The translations under genes and the position numbers were made by a program. A DNA stretch of 64,000 nucleotides from Callorhinchus milii (taxonomy: Eukaryota): assembly GCF_018977255.1 (NCBI RefSeq), contig NW_024704742.1, forward strand, positions 94,862,001 through 94,926,000, written 5' to 3'. The notes beneath the pieces are model-generated. The model saw nothing but the letters and a program-made list of their open reading frames with translations, was not told where the DNA came from and did no database searches. Positions 12,791 to 28,300 of the stretch are shown piece by piece. How positions within the stretch are numbered: the stretch's first letter is position 1; every line of letters starts with the position of its first letter.

Positions 12791-15700
12791 ATACATGTGT
12801 CATGGGGACCAGCACTCAAGCTGGGGAATGTCAGCTATGGAGACCCTAAGATTTGGATATTTATAAAATAAAAGACTTGTGCCAACAACACGATGCACTA
12901 CTGAAGCCTTACAGTCAACCCCCTGCCCTCCAGCCCCCACCCCCCCCACCCCAACCCCCAGCTCAGTTCTGAAACTCTGTCTGTCCAGCGCCTTGAGACG
13001 TCCTCCCAACTTGAAAGGCGCTATACAAATGTAATTTTGTTGTTGTTGTTGCTGCCATTGAGTCACAAGAATGCATACCTTCTAGTGCTTCATCTTGACT
13101 ACCAAAAATAGCAAGAGCATTAGCCAGTCTTGCTTAACCAATACGTTCCACATTCAATTTAATTTTGTTGCATAATTGAGCTTGAAAGTTTTTGCGTGAA
13201 ATTAAATGGTGCTGTGAAAAATAAATAAATGCAACCTTGTCTTTAGTATAATTGAACAGAGAAGTGCAATCCTTAGCAGTTGGGTGAAGATGTAGGGCTG
13301 CAAGCCAAGGATAAAATGTGCCCTTGGCTATTTTGCCCAATGTGCTAAATAGCAGGCGCCAAAAAGAAACAGGTGTCTAGTATTTACTACAAAACTGCCC
13401 AAGTACCCAGAAACACATCTACAGTATTACAAAAGTAACTTAGGGTAGGTGACAAATCTATCAAAGACCACCAGAGGGCACAGATCTACATGCAGCCTAT
13501 CAGATGGTACCTACTCGTATCCACAAGATTGCCAGAGGACATAATGCCTATCATTACATTGCTTTCTAGGGCACAAAACATTAGACCTTGTTCCAGTCAA
13601 TCTTTTGCAGGATTTGCCTGACTGCGATTAGCAATTTACCCACACTATTAAATTCAGAATGCGATAGTCCCTTTTCGCAATCCACTACTCAGAAATCGTG
13701 ATGAATTTGGTCCATGCATATTGCATTTCAGACCCCTATCAAGGACACACATACGCATAATAATATTAATAATCCTTGCATATCCACCAGATGACAAGAA
13801 TGCAAGAAATCTGTATGCATTAAACCACCAGATGGAATAGATGTTTGTCTATAACAAGATTAGGGTGTACCTGACCTCTAGAAAGAGAACAACTCAGATA
13901 AAAGCTTCCTACATTCACTAACTGGCTACTTCTGCCAGTTGAGCACAAGACTAGAAAAGTTCTGGGCTTGAATCTCAGTAGATCCACTTAACCCTTGACA
14001 CTTTCAATATTATGAAAATGAATTTCATGTCTAAAAATGTCCTCAGAGGGGGAGGGGAAGAGAAGGGCAAAGAAAGAAGGAATGCATTATCATTTTAATA
14101 AGGGGTTAATATCAAAGGGTGAAAAAAAGTTGTAGAGACAATGGGACAAATAGCCTTTTATGCTGAGAATGTTTTATGTTTCTCTGAACCAGCTTTGAGG
14201 GTTCAAAGTAATCATAACCAAAGTGAAGAGATACAGAGATGTCTTCAATCCTGTGAGCCCAAACCCTAATGTCTAGGATGATGCTCAACTGCATGGATAC
14301 CAGTTTTGTGCTGCATGGATACCAGTTTATTGCAGTGCTTTAGCTCAACTACTGACAGCCATCCATCAGCTAGCCAGATGGCAATGAGATTTCAGGACCA
14401 ATATGGAGAATGGGTCTAGAGAACTGCATTGCTTTCCTTGATACTTATAAAAATAATAAATTAAAAATCCCATTTGATATAGTGCCTTATCACATCATTG
14501 AGACACCTCAAAGAGCTTCACAGGATTTACTGTAAAGTATATAACTGTTCATTTTCTAGACGAACACGGCAGCCAATTTGCAAGGGCCCACAGACAACCA
14601 TGTTAGCAAATGATCAAATTTATCTGGAGGATTAAAATATACTGCTTGAGGGGAAGATGGGGGAAGAGGGAAAGAAAGAATGGACATGCGTTTCAGTATG
14701 AGTGCTTCTTTTTCTTTTAAAATGATAGATTTGTCTCAGCAAAAAACAATGCTGTCAGGAGCAGAAGGGAGGAATAGAATAAATAAAAATGCCCAAGAGA
14801 TCCATGAAGTCTTATTTATCAAAAAAAATATTTCACAAGCTGCCCGGTGGAGTCAAAGGACTTTTGCACACATCTTTTCCTCTGTGATTCTTACTGTTTT
14901 TTTAAAAAAAAACATATCTGGGATTGAGCTATTTCAAAAGCAAATAAGGCTCTATTATAACAGAATTTCTTATGAGTCCCTATTCTCCAGGCATGAATTG
15001 ACCTTTTGGCCTTGCTATCTATGTAACTGACACATCTGTAAGATCCATACAAAATTATTTTCAATTAATCAATGCCGCTGTTGACCTATATTTAATAAAC
15101 ATTATGGACGCAAAGTATCTCAGGAGTGAAAGGATTTGTCTGCATGAGTCCATGCAGTGTCAGGTTGCAGTTAGTGATTCTGGCTGTAAGCCATTTTGCA
15201 TTGAGGTCATTAGTTAAACCCTCAGTGTTCATGAAAACAACCTTTCACACAAAATAAATGTAGGGGCGTGTATCATGGTGACACCTCTGTGCCTCATCAG
15301 GCGAAGCATTCCACAAAGATATGATTTATAAATCCATTGTAAAAGAAACATTCCTGAGAGGTTTTCCTGTGCATTTCCTTTGTTGCTGCAATCGCAGCGC
15401 ATAATATCTTTGTTTATTTTTAAACAAGCCTGTGTGCTTTATGCCAAAGAGGCTGTTACCCGTTCAATGGGAGGATTTTAAGCAGACAAGGGGCTGGCAT
15501 TTTCAGTGTTTCCTTGTGATAATTTCACACAAACATTCTTGGAGCAGCATCAACAACAGCCTGCTCCGAGATTCAAAATAATAAATTGGTCACTTCAATC
15601 CATAATTGTTTGTGGGAATGCCTTGTTTCGCCTACAAACTATGCAGTCAATCCACTTTACAAAGAGATCTGGGGAGCTACCCTGCTTGAAGGGTGCTATA

Positions 15701-15888
15701 TAATAATAATCCTTGCATTTGATATAGCGCTTTTCACGTCTTCTAGACATCTCAATGCCCTTCACAAAATATATTGAAAGTGTGATAAGGCGCTATATCA
15801 AATGCAAGGATTATTATTATTTATATAGTGCCCCTCATGCAGGATAGTGTCCTGGAACGCTTAAAGAATTATTATTATTATTTACAAC

Positions 15889-16190
15889 AATAATAATAAT
15901 AATAATCCTTGAATTTGATATAGTCTTCAGACGTCTCAAAGCGCTTCACAGAATACACTGTAAAGTGAATTGACTGAATATTTGTGGGCGAAACTTGGCA
16001 GCCAATTGCATACAGAGGTGTCCCACAAACAGTTGTGGATTGAAGTGACCAATTTTTTTTTTTTTTTGAGGGATTATTATCAGGCGTGTGGAGTAAGGAA
16101 ATGTACCCAAGGTTTTGCCCTGCCAGGAATTGAACCCAGATCTCTCATTTGCGAGGCGAGTGCTCTAACCACTGAGCTACAGGACTTCAC
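15889..16190 (-). mobile_element. Young tRNA-derived SINE (short form)
   Basis: Same head, body and tail as 32575-32890. Confidence 0.88.
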
Positions 16191-18855
16191 CATGATGTGT
16201 TGTTGCAATAGTAGTCCTGCTCAGTACGAGAGGAATCCCAGGTTCAGACATTTGGTGTGTGTGCTTGGCTAAGGAGCCAATGTATATTGGATCCTCAGCC
16301 AATATACAAGGTATATTACCTCTGCCATGTAGCGTTCTGCAACTGCCCAGTGATTTTTTAATACTAAGAAAAATATTGTTGGCCAATTATTCAATGCGAT
16401 AATTATTGGAAACTCTCCCGTTCAAAAGTTGGTTCAGTATCTCAACAAAATTACAATGACCTGCTCTGTATCTTCATCATGTTGAAATCAAAACTCATTT
16501 CCTACTCAAACACATTCCATGCCAGGACCTAAACACTGCGGATACTCATTCCCTTCCTTAATTCACTATTCTGCTCAAAAAATAGTAACAATTCACACTA
16601 GCAGAAGTTATAGAGTACTAATCCACCACTAGCGGAATTTATACAGTACCAACATTTTGTCACGAGCAATACAGCATTGGGGCTAATAAGTCTTCAGACT
16701 TTTTTTTTGTTGCTGAGCTTGTTCAACTTAAATTGACCCTAGTCAATTATACTCCAACCCAGACACTAACAACTACGACAGCTAACTGGAATCTACGAGT
16801 TAAAACAACAACATTTGAATAAAAGATCTCAACTTCTCCTCACATGCTGAAATAATTATTTTCCAACAAATGATGACTAAACCAAAACCGGGAGTTGTCT
16901 TGTCAACTATACAACTATATGGGGGAAGAGGGTGGGGTAGAGAGAGTAAAGAACTGATATGTATGTCCAGAAATGTGTTTTCCTGCACCACTAAGGAAAT
17001 TTGCTAGTGCTCATTCATGAGGTGAATTTTGCGAGATTTTAGATAACAGGTTCCACATTTCAGCAAGTGAAGTAATTTAAAGCACAGATTCTGTAGAATC
17101 ACATAATGCATTTTCTGTATAACAATCTCCATAGAAGGGAGATACCTGACTAATTAACGTATGATAAGGTTTGCGGTGTGCTGTGAGATTCCCAGTATGT
17201 GGGACAAAAAAACATGTCACACCGTCCTGTTGATTGATCTTCACGCCATCCGTCTGAACCTTGTGAAAGAGGTCTGCTGCCTGCTAGCTTCCTGTCTCTG
17301 CCAGAGGCCAGAAATGGAGTCTAGGAAGACTTCAATGAAGAGCAATTGCATTTTTCTCCCAGGGAATTTTAAACAATAAACCATTCGATGTTAGTTAATC
17401 GATCACAGAATTGTGCAATTATAGAAGTTCAGGCTAAAAAGATTGTCTCTTTGATATTTAACTTATTATAATAATAATCCTTGCATTTGATATAGGGCCT
17501 TACCACGTCATTGAGACGTGTAAAAGTGCTTCATCAGATATTCTGTAAAGTGGATTGAATGTTTAAAAAAAGATTAAAAACGGAAAAAAAAGTAAAAAAA
17601 ATAAATTAAATTTTTAATCAAGTGACCACGTTGTCTATTTCCACCCCTTTCCCACTTAATATTCCTGTACAACACAAGCCCTGGACTGGTGCCTTATCCT
17701 ATGAATGCCCTTTTCTTTCCACCATGTCTGCTGTGCCAAATTCGAACTCAAGTACTTGTGAAGGTGCTTGGTGCTTTACTTGGGAGCTGGAAGGAGGGGG
17801 GAGTTGTTTTTCCATTTTAAACTGCTTTGTGCTTTGCTTTCGTTTTGTGGAATTTTGAATTTAATTAAGCTTCTTCCTGTTCAGCTTAAGAAACTCCTTA
17901 CAAATTTCCCAAGAATTAAAAGTGAACTGTAATTTGAGGTAAAATCCTCAGTGAAAGAAAATAAACTCAAGTTGACTTAGAAACTGAATCCTAGCCTCTC
18001 AAGAATGAACCTATCTTGTGTTTGATCTCTTTTGTCAGCCTGGGAAATTAGCAGTTCTCTTTGTCCCACTGTCCAATTCCTTTTAGTTTTTCAGTCAATC
18101 AAGGACCGTTTTCAAGTAGTCCTGTCTGTCTTGGTTTCTGTAAAAGTCGGTAACATACATTTCAATTGGAGGTTAATGATGCTGCTTAAGACTTGGTTGT
18201 TCCCTCAGTTTCCTTTCCTTAGGCATATCCTGAGTTTGCAGCCTTCATCCACTTGACCTTACATAGCATTCGTGCTGGCAGTCCTGCCTCCCCCATCAAC
18301 ATGAATGTCAGCAAAAAATAAGACAGAACACTTTGTTTGCCCTACCAAAGCTCATGGTTCGAGTGCAGCCACATCCATCATGCTATCCAATTGTATTTTC
18401 GTAAACCTTCAAAAAGTTACAATTTCTTCTAATTATTCTTTGGCTGCTGATCTAGTTTAGGACTATTTATGCAACATAACTCCAAGCAAGATAGGTTGGT
18501 ACTTGCACAACCAGCACATATTGAAAAATAAAATTACAAAGAGCATGGAAATGAATTGAGGGATGTACTGTGTGTGCCTCCCATTTTTCCCCGAAGCCTC
18601 GTCAGTCCCAAGGACCAGTATCCTTCAATGAGGTCCACTTTTCCTGCTTAATATCCTTCATTCTAGATTGCAAAACTTAAGTTTCTCTAATCATTCTTCA
18701 TAGTTTTCACCATTACCTTGGTTCTTTTGTTTTACCTAATCTATTGCAACTCTAGTGTAAAGTTTGTAACCATTTGACCTGACAATTATGGTTGCGTGAT
18801 AACTGTTGCTGGTGCTAATTATCGCAAGGACAAAAATATGCCATTGTTTAAAACT

Positions 18856-19272
18856 GTCAGTCTGGCACAGTTGGTAGCACTCTCTTCTTGAGTGAGAAGG
18901 TTGAAGGTTGAAGCCCCTTATCGGGGCTTTGGAATCATGTTCCAGGCTGACATTCCAATGTAGTGCTGGGGGAGTGTCAGATGTGCTGTTCTTCAAATGA
19001 AACATTAAACTGAGGTCCTGTCTCCCTGTTCAGCTGGATCCTATCAAAGATCCCACAGCACGATTCGAAAAGAGAAGGAAGTTTCTCCCAATATCTTAGC
19101 CAACAATTTCCCAGAAAAAAATTAGTCATTCACTTCATCGTGGTTTGTGGACATTACTATGCACGAATGGGCTGCTGCGTTTGCCTACAAATACGAAGAT
19201 GGTAAAATCCTGTGAAGCACTTTGAGAGGTTTTGATAATGTGATAAAGTACTAAAACAAATGCAGAAATTAT
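18856..19272 (+). mobile_element. Deu-domain SINE
   Basis: Colinear with the 31886 copy. Confidence 0.78.
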
Positions 19273-19795
19273 TACTCCATAATAAATGTCATTAAATGGG
19301 GCAATACACCCATCTGGGCATAAGACTTGGCTAAATTTGTCTCCTTCTCAGACGGAAAACCCTCTTTAGCTAAGCTATAAGGCCCCCAATTCTGACAAAG
19401 CAATAGACAGAGAGCAGACTGGGTGACACTGAATGGCCTCTGCCGCTCTCTCAATATGTGGTTAGTTAAGTCAATAGGTGTTTAAACATTACTGTGACTA
19501 ATTTATTGAGTGCTAATTGTTAACAAATCCAATTTGTGTCAGATTGTAGTTCTTGCACGTGCTTTTCTCTCCTACAGACGTTTGGAAATGAGAGTAATAA
19601 ATGGCTGAACACTGGTTGGGGCCACGACACTGGACTCATTGAATAAAACAGTTTGGGATGGGAAGACAGTAGAGTGGGTGTTTGGGAAGGATGAGATTAA
19701 TTGGGGCAAGAGGGCCGTTTACATCCGAAGCAACCTTATAATTGTATTTGCTTAAATATGAATGTAAATCAAGCTAATCATTACGAGGTGGATTA

Positions 19796-20535
19796 CAACA
19801 ACAAGAAGATTACATTTGTATAGCGCCTTTCATGTCAGGAGGACGTCCCAAGGTGCTGGACAGTGTACAGCATTTCAGACCCGTGCTGGGATCAGGGTAA
19901 GGGGGGGGAGAAGGGAGGGGAGGGGAAGGGGGGTGGCCAATGGAATGGTCGAAGAGGAGGGTCTTGAGGTGGGACTCGAAGGAGCCTAAGGAGGGGGTGA
20001 GGCAGAGTGATTGGTGGATGGAATTCCAGAGGTTGGGGGCAGAGTGGCTGAAGGCTCTCCCGCCAATGGTGGGGCAGATGGGTCGGGGGACGTGGAGCAG
20101 ACCGGAGCTGGCTGAGCAGAGGGAGCGGGCGGGTTGGTAGAGGGTTAGGAGGGCCTTAGTCTTGTTCACATTCAACTGTAGGAAATTTGCCCTCATCCAG
20201 GACTTGAAGTCCGACAGGCAGTCTGTCAGGACAGCAGTGGTCCTGGAGTTGAGGGTGGAGGCAGAAAGTTGGAGTTGGGTGTCATCCGCATACATATGGA
20301 AGTTGACCCCATGTCTGCGGATGATGTCATCAAGGGGGAGCGTGTAGATATTAAAGGGGAGAGGGCCAAGGACAGAGCCCTGGGGGACACCAGACGTGAC
20401 AGTGCGGGGGCTGGAGGAGAAACAGTAAGAGGCAACAAAGTGGAGACGGTGAGAGAGATAGGAATCGAACCAGGCAAGGGCAGGTCCGCGAAGTTTAAGT
20501 AAAGAGGAGAGGCGGTTTATGAGGATGGAGGAGGA
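19796..20535 (-). mobile_element. L2 LINE 3' fragment with internal deletions
   Basis: ORF 19810..20295 begins MYADDTQL; same 3' tail as the other L2 copies. Confidence 0.88.
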
Positions 20536-21832
20536 TTAGGGTTCTTGCTGCACGCTTTACAATTTGATGACTTTCCCAGTACAATTATTTTCTCAGTCAT
20601 TAAATGGTCTTTTGCACAGGTCTTTTCTCAAGATCCATTTGCTGAGGTCCCTGTTCTCATTGCATTTCTCTCTTGTTACATCTTGTTTGGGATATATTAA
20701 ATTGTATTAAAAAAAATGCTCCCCACAAAAATCCCAAAGTCCTGTACTTTCATTTTAAGTGCGGGTCTTTATTTTCATGTATAGTACCTCTCACCCTATT
20801 TGCTATTTTTTTCATCTACTTTTTCATTTTTATGAGGTTCAGATACTGCAAGTCACAGTCTGACAAGTCCAAATAAACCTGAGTTCATGCCCTCACTCAA
20901 ACAGCTTGACATCTATCATAGCAGCTGTAATGGCCAACTAGAAAAAGCTTATTAGAGAAAGGATATCAAGTTTATTTATTATGTAAAATAAATCAATATC
21001 ATGGCAACATAATGTCAATTTGTTTTAATAGCAAAAATGCCTTGCTTCATATTCTTAAATTTAATTTGACTGACCTTCCCTTAATCTGGAAAAAGATTGC
21101 AAAATTAGTTAACTATTTGCAGGGGGCTAGTCCCCTGGTTTCCACTCCTGGCTATTGACTGAAGGTTGCATTTCAGTGTTTATGATAACTTTGGGCAGAC
21201 ATTGCTCACATAGTTGTATGAAACTCTTTTATATGAAAACTTTTCAGTTTCAAAGGGGGGAAGGCTCTGCATCCTTCTAAAAGATGAAAAAGGTGATAGA
21301 TTAAAGCCAAACGGCAATATCTGCCACATTGGTACCTCAGTTGTAGAAGTCTTCAAATAAAAAAACCTGAATGCCTCCCAGAGACTTTTTTCCCAATTTT
21401 GAATCAAATGGGTTTCCCCCTCCTTCCCTCCCCCAAAAAATGTTAACTCTGTATAACTTTACATGACCTGATGCTATTTTACTAAAGAGGCTATTGTGGT
21501 ATCCCTCGTGAACACCTAGACAGAGGACAAGACAAATCTGTTTTCAGATTGGTAACACTTTGTTCACCTTTAACCTCCATCCTTTCTTTCTCTCTATTGC
21601 TGTTTCTTATCTCTATTTGATCAGCACTACGTGGTCCTCTGGTATTTCCTCCCTTGGTCTTCCAAATCAACAAATGCACTGTTCCATATGCACTTCCTCC
21701 TCCCTGTACCTTTGTATGACGATCAATATACCTTGCACTGCCTTCTATTTTAATTCATTCTTTTCCAGGACACTTTTCTGTGGAACGCCTTGCCTCCCTC
21801 TGTCTCCTCCTCCTACTAATTACAATAATTTA

Positions 21833-22340
21833 ATGATAATAATTCTTGCATTTGATACAGTGCCATTCAGGAGGACAAAATTTTACTGTTCAGTGTAGTG
21901 ACTGTGTATTTGTAGGTAGCGCAGCTATCTGTTTGCACACAGCAAAGGCCACAAAGAGCAATGAGGTGAATGACCATTTTTATCAAGGGAATTGCCGGCC
22001 AGGACAAGAAACATCCTGATTGCTGAGAGAATCTCCCATCTCTTTTTGAATAAGTGCTCCAAGATGCACCATGTGCAAAGGACACAATATAAATGCAAAT
22101 TGTTGTTGTAATGCTATGGAATCTTTAATCTTTGAATCTTTAACATCCACCTGAACAGGCACAGCTGGGACCGCGGTTTAACGCCTTATCTGAATGATGG
22201 CATCTCCAACTATGTAACACACCACCAGCACTGCACTGGAGTGCCAGATTAGCTATTTGAGTTCAAAGTTCCAATGCGGCACTTGAAGCCGCAACCTTCT
22301 GATTCAAAGGCGAGAGTGCTACCAACCAAGCCAGACTGAC
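21833..22340 (-). mobile_element. Deu-domain SINE
   Basis: Reverse-complement copy, with a short insertion near 22060-22115. Confidence 0.75.
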
Positions 22341-25300
22341 ACACACACACACAAGCTGACTAATTATAGGCTTGAAAAACCCATTAAGGATTCCCTATGA
22401 TTTACTTTTACTTGAATCCAGTATAAGTCAAGAACATTTAAACGTTATACCTCTCAACTGAACATGCTCATCCTCAGCTACTCAATGTGATGTTAAAAAG
22501 ATAAATGTTGATTTTTCGAACCCCTAGTGATAATCTAGCTTGCTCCAAATAGAACAGAAACTCACCAGACATTGCAGGAAATTAAACATGACCTTCAACT
22601 GATTATATATTGTCCATTGTGTGCAATAATAACAATAATTAATAGTAATAATAATGGTGTTGAGGGATTTTTGCAGCTTTCAGNAAAAAAAACTGTACTT
22701 CGTGAAAAACTGTTTATGTATGACAAGAACCGTGGGAAAAGACGTCACTGAAAATAAACTGAGAGATTTCTCTTCTTTTTACCTAAGCACAAAAAGCTTT
22801 TCCAAACGATTTTTCATGGGCTTTAAATAGCTGATAAAATCCTCAGATTTTTTTTCTTACAATAAGTGGACCGAATTTATTCCGATTTTGCAGTTTTTAA
22901 TTTAAAGCAAATTACTGAAATGACAAAAGACAATTTTGGTTCATAGTGCAGGAATAAAGTAGGAGACAGCACCTTTCTAGTCAATAACTAAAGACTGGCC
23001 ACAGGTGTGAATTGCTTCCCCCTCCCTTGATTTCAAGAAAAAAATGCATTTCACAGATACCCACAACATACCCTATAGCGCATTGTACCCCATCCTGTTC
23101 ACCTCCATACACATTCACTACAATTCACAGTAAAGATCCTGTGAAATGCTTTGAAGCAATTCAACACAATAAGTTGCCATAGCAGACACAAGTAGTATTA
23201 TTATTGTGTATTATTATTGTTATTATTATTATCTTCCTCAGTCCTCTCGTGTGTTCTTCCTGTTCCCCAAAGGCAATACTCCCTGTTCCCCAAAGGCAAT
23301 TAATAAAAACTGATTCATCTTCACTGTTCAACACTGTCCTTTTCCTCTCCACAGACAATACAGTATTCCCTCCCACTCACCACAGGCTGCAACAGCACAG
23401 AAACGATGGTGTCCCAAGGAGTATTTGTTCATTTCTGTCTTTCGCTATGAACTTTGATTCTGTTCCAAACCGAATCCACATGTAGTTTTGTTTTTAAGAA
23501 TTGTCACGACATCAATTGTATCCACTAAGTTCCTTTTAATCTCCAGTTTTGTTTGTGGTTTGTTCATTTTTTAAACCATGTTCTATGGGGAAGATTACTG
23601 TGAGCGGCACAGGTCTGGATATATGTGTGTGTGAGCATTGAGGATTTATGCCGTCTGGTTTCAGACTCACCAACTCCTATTTCCACTACAACTTGGGATA
23701 AAAACTTCAACTAGTTACCAAAAAATGTAAAATGAAAGGTTAGGAGATTGTTTGAACACAGAATGTTATTACAACAATGAATGACCTACCAAAAACTATG
23801 CTGAAGTAATAATAATAATAATAATCATTGCATTTGATATAGCTCCTTATCACATCTTTGAGACATCGCAAAGCGCTTCACAGAATATATGCTGTAAAGT
23901 GAATTGAAATGTAAATGTTTGAGGTCAAAACGCAGAATCTATTAGAGCTTTTAAAAGTGAATTATGGAACAACTGGAAGTTATATAGCACCCTTTATGCA
24001 GCATATTGTCAAAGAGAGCTGGCAACCACCTAAAAAGAAAATTATGAAAGAAAATGGGGAAAAGGTAGGTGAGTGAGACTAAATAGATAGCTCCTACACA
24101 GAGCTGTCATAGGCATGGTGGGCTGAATAGTCTTTTTCCATGTTGAAATCGTTCATGATTCTATATGTGTGCATTGCTGTTTGTGTGTCATTGAATGCTA
24201 GCACATCTCCAACATGGAACTGCATCAGGCCAGAGGAGCTGAGGAAAATCTAATGTTACTAAGTACTAATGTTCTAGTGAGCGTTAGCTTTTGATGCACT
24301 TTGTAAAAACTCTATTACTCATTTTTTTAACTAATCCTCATCCTCAATTAAAGTATGTGACTGCATTGAGCATTTAACTGGTAGAGGTCATAATGCAGTT
24401 GCCATCTTTTGTAGCTTTTATAAAAAATGCTGCAGCTTGCTATTTTAAATAACTAAGTGCAAGTAAAATAATAATAATAATCCTTGCATTTGATATTGCT
24501 CCTTATCACAGCGTTGAGACGTCTCAAGCGCTTCACGGGATATACAGTGGATTGACTGTGTATTTTGTGGACAAAAATAAGTCAGACTGGAACCACGCAT
24601 GGCGCAGTGTCAATGCCATGTAAGTCTGGCTGCTGATGCAAAGCAATGCAGTATCCTGGGATGGCACTGCATACTAATCTGAAAGACGGGAATGACTTTT
24701 CTCCGAATTGTCTGATATATCCCTGCTACCAGCATCCGAAGTTCGCTGCCATGGAAACAAGGTGTCCAAATGCGTACAGCCGATACCAACGCCTGCAGCA
24801 TACAGTATTTCACAAGTGAATTCTGAAGAAGGTGATTTGTCTCAGCCTTGTGCGTTGTTGGTTCAGGATAAAATAACTAAGATCAGATCAACAGGAAATT
24901 AATTCCTTCTGTGTAAGATTAATGACATTGCAAGTCTCCACTTTTTTTTACTTAAAGTGAGGCAGGTTTAAAATGGATAAGGTATTGCTTCCACCTGTGA
25001 CCAGAATGGAACAGCCTTTCTCCATCAGGCCTTCCTCCATCACAAAACTGCTCATGGGTGTTATGGTGAACTGTTGCAAAGCAGAATGTGTTCGGACACA
25101 AAATGTTGAGAAACAAAGGGGCAGGAAATGGTGGGGGTAGGAAATGGTGAAATGTTTGCAAAAATATCTTGAATCAATCATGTTTTATGGTAATTACCGT
25201 TATATGGAATTTTCTTTTTATATCAGCTGCAAAATGTTCACAAGTGAATATTAACCCTGTTATTTATTACAGGGAACAACTAAGATTGGAACTTCCCAAA

Positions 25301-28300
25301 TAATTCACCTCTATGACCTATGCTGGCTTCAAATAATAAGTTGCGTTCCTGTCACTAAGGCAGGAAAAAAGCAGAAAGCTGTCAGCAACTACAGTACACG
25401 TATTTAGGAAAGGAATGTTCTTAACTGGAGAATTATTGAACTGCCAATGACTGAGGCTTTTTAAAAAAACTTTTGGATGAGACGTTAAAGGTCCAAGTAT
25501 CTGTTTAAATGGTCATTTAAGATCCCATGGCACTTTTTAAAAAGAGAAGGAATTTTCTCCCGTTATCCTGACCAACAAACCCCCAAACAAAATTGGTCAC
25601 TCTATGGTTGTTTGTGGGACATTGCTACACCGAAATTGGTTGCTGTGTTGATCCACAAAATACACAGTCATACAAATTGACAGTATATCCTGTGAAATGC
25701 TTTGAGATGTCTCGACAAAGGCTCTATATCAATTCCAAGGATTATTATTATTTAAAATAATAAAATTTAATACATTGAATATTACGAGTCCTTGACCGGC
25801 TTTAGACCTGCTCTGCCAGAGAGAAAGAAAGATCCTAATGGATCAATTGTAACTACTTCTATTGATTTTTTTTCAGCTTAAACAAAAATGTCACAAAATT
25901 AGGCTCCAGCTCAAGAAAGCTAATTATATGTCAGTCTTCTCGGTCTGACCTGAGGTAGGAGATGATAGCGAGAAACACATTATGATTCCATCGTTACAGC
26001 ACTGAATTTGATACATTATGTCTGGCTGATAACTGCAGTCTACTACAGCGTTTTGAGACATCTCAAAAATAAGCTTACTCGTTCTAGATTGTTTAGAGGT
26101 GAATCTAGCCATTCCTAAATCAAAAATGATATGAAATACTGCACCGGAAAAAAAATGGCTTTACCAAAATATTTTGTCTCCAAGATTTCTTTTCTATTTG
26201 CATATTCAGTTTAACCGTGGTTACATATGTAGCTCAGTATGAAATGAATAACTGGCTTTTTCAGTTCTTGAGGCCCCTGCCTTAACCTTCATTTTGTCCA
26301 CAAAATGCACAGTCAATCGACTTTACAATATATTCTTTGAAGCGCTTTGAGATGTCTCAACTTCCTGATATGTTGCTATATCAAATGCAAGGGTTATTAA
26401 CATTATTGTTCAATAGGGTAAAATTCCATCTGGCTGTAGTTTTACTCTATTTCTGCAGCATTTCAGATTATCCAAAATGTATCAAATTCTCAAATACAGC
26501 CCTAAATGTTTTAAGAATGACATAAAGACCAACTTCAAAATTAAGACTGAATTCAACAATCTGCCAAATTCTGGACGCTATGAAAAGCGAATAGCATTAA
26601 CGTAACTGTTACTATGAGGCAAATGTAAACACACTGCTCTCTTGAATAAGATGCAGCAAAAAGTATTATCAGGAAACAGCTTTTGTCAAAAAGTCTGAAA
26701 TATTATCATAAAACTTCTGTAATTCTGCAAATGCCTTGGAATGAAACTGCTGCCTGACAGAAAGACAGATTTATTTGCTTCAGATAGTTAATTATAGACA
26801 TTCGGAAGTGATTTCACAAAGCTTAGATGAGGAGGATGTATATTAATAGTCCACAGAACAGCGCATTCTTTTTTGATATTAATATAATTTCATATTCATT
26901 TAAGTACTGGGTCTGAATCATGAGCTTGTCATCCCTGTCCCTCCTGGAATATTTCATTACGATTGCTCTTAATCCAATCAAGCATTTCGAATATTTATTT
27001 TTAAAAACAAAACAAATACTAATTAAATACCAATTAGTTATGAGTTTTGAGTAATTATCCGTAATCAAATGGAGTCAAACCATCTTTAGGAATGAATAAT
27101 TAATATACAGTCTCTATACTGGGAATGACCCAGGAAATAGGCCAGAGAGTGGCACATTCACTGGACTAGATTGAAAGCTGAGCTAAGGTCCAGGCTGGAC
27201 AAACTGCACCCTGACTGGTAAAGCCTAGTGATGCAATATTCAGCTTTGACTGCTTCACAGAATATACTGTAAAGTGGATTGACTGTGTAATAGTGGGTGA
27301 AACGTGGTAGCCAGTTACACACAGCAATGTTCCACAAACAGCCATGGAGTGAGTGATCAATTTTATTTGCTATAGTCTAGGCTGACCGTACAGGAGCTTG
27401 ATATTTAAAAATCTCAGAAATGATTCAAAAAGAGAAGGGAGTTTCTCCCAGTGTTCTGAACAACCATCCCTAGACTAATTCATGGTTTACTATTCAAATG
27501 GTCTTCAGATTATGCTGCACTGAGTGTTATACAGGTAGAACCCTTCTGCAGTCAGATCCAACCTGGGTGGGCTCTGATTCTGCTTAGAAGTGATTTGGTT
27601 GTAAAGGAAATGAGTAAAAAAACATGCTTGTGATAGAATGAGTCCTGCCTTATACTTGTCTGAATGGAGCATTAATCCAATAAATGCTTGACCTTTGACA
27701 TAATGTATAAAGATTGCTATTGATTATCATTTGGAGTTCAATGCTGTAATTTCATACTGGCCAATCGTGTATGCAGTCTTATATATTAGTCAATCCTCAC
27801 TAGCGACCATTTTTAATGTGCATGTTGCAGTCCCAGACGAGATATGTAAAAGCAACGTCTGACTAATGACTGCTGTATTATTTTAATCCCATCTCAAGTG
27901 AATATTGATACATCCTATTGCAGGGGTTCTTAGGGATTAAGGATCCTTAACAATCTTGCTGAAGTCAAGCGCATGCATATCAGCTAATGGAAAGCTCATG
28001 TGGTACTTAGATGAATGCCTTTCAGAAGCCAACAAATAGTTCAAAGGATATCTTCAGCCAGTGAAGTTTCAGGAAGCACAATACCACAATTCAAGCAGAG
28101 CATCTGTTCGGGATTGTAGGCTTTCCTTATTTCTTGAGTAAAATCCAATTACAGTTAGGTAAAGGAGTTTACCTCCTGACATTGATACACACCCTTTGCC
28201 TGACTCTGATCAAATACATACACTACAAATAAAGACTGTGTGATTTTTTCCAGCTACCAGGATCTGTGAATGAGCCCAAATGAAAAGCTATACTTCTTTC

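Noticed and set aside
22661..22846. Possible terminal inverted repeats tgagggatttttgcagct / agctgataaaatcctca
   Set aside because: The match is weak, I saw only one copy, and there is an ambiguous base at 22684; not enough to call.
23258..23300. Short tandem duplications (also about 14288-14329 and 63232-63268)
   Set aside because: Two-copy 17-22 bp slippage duplications without spacers; not CRISPR-like.
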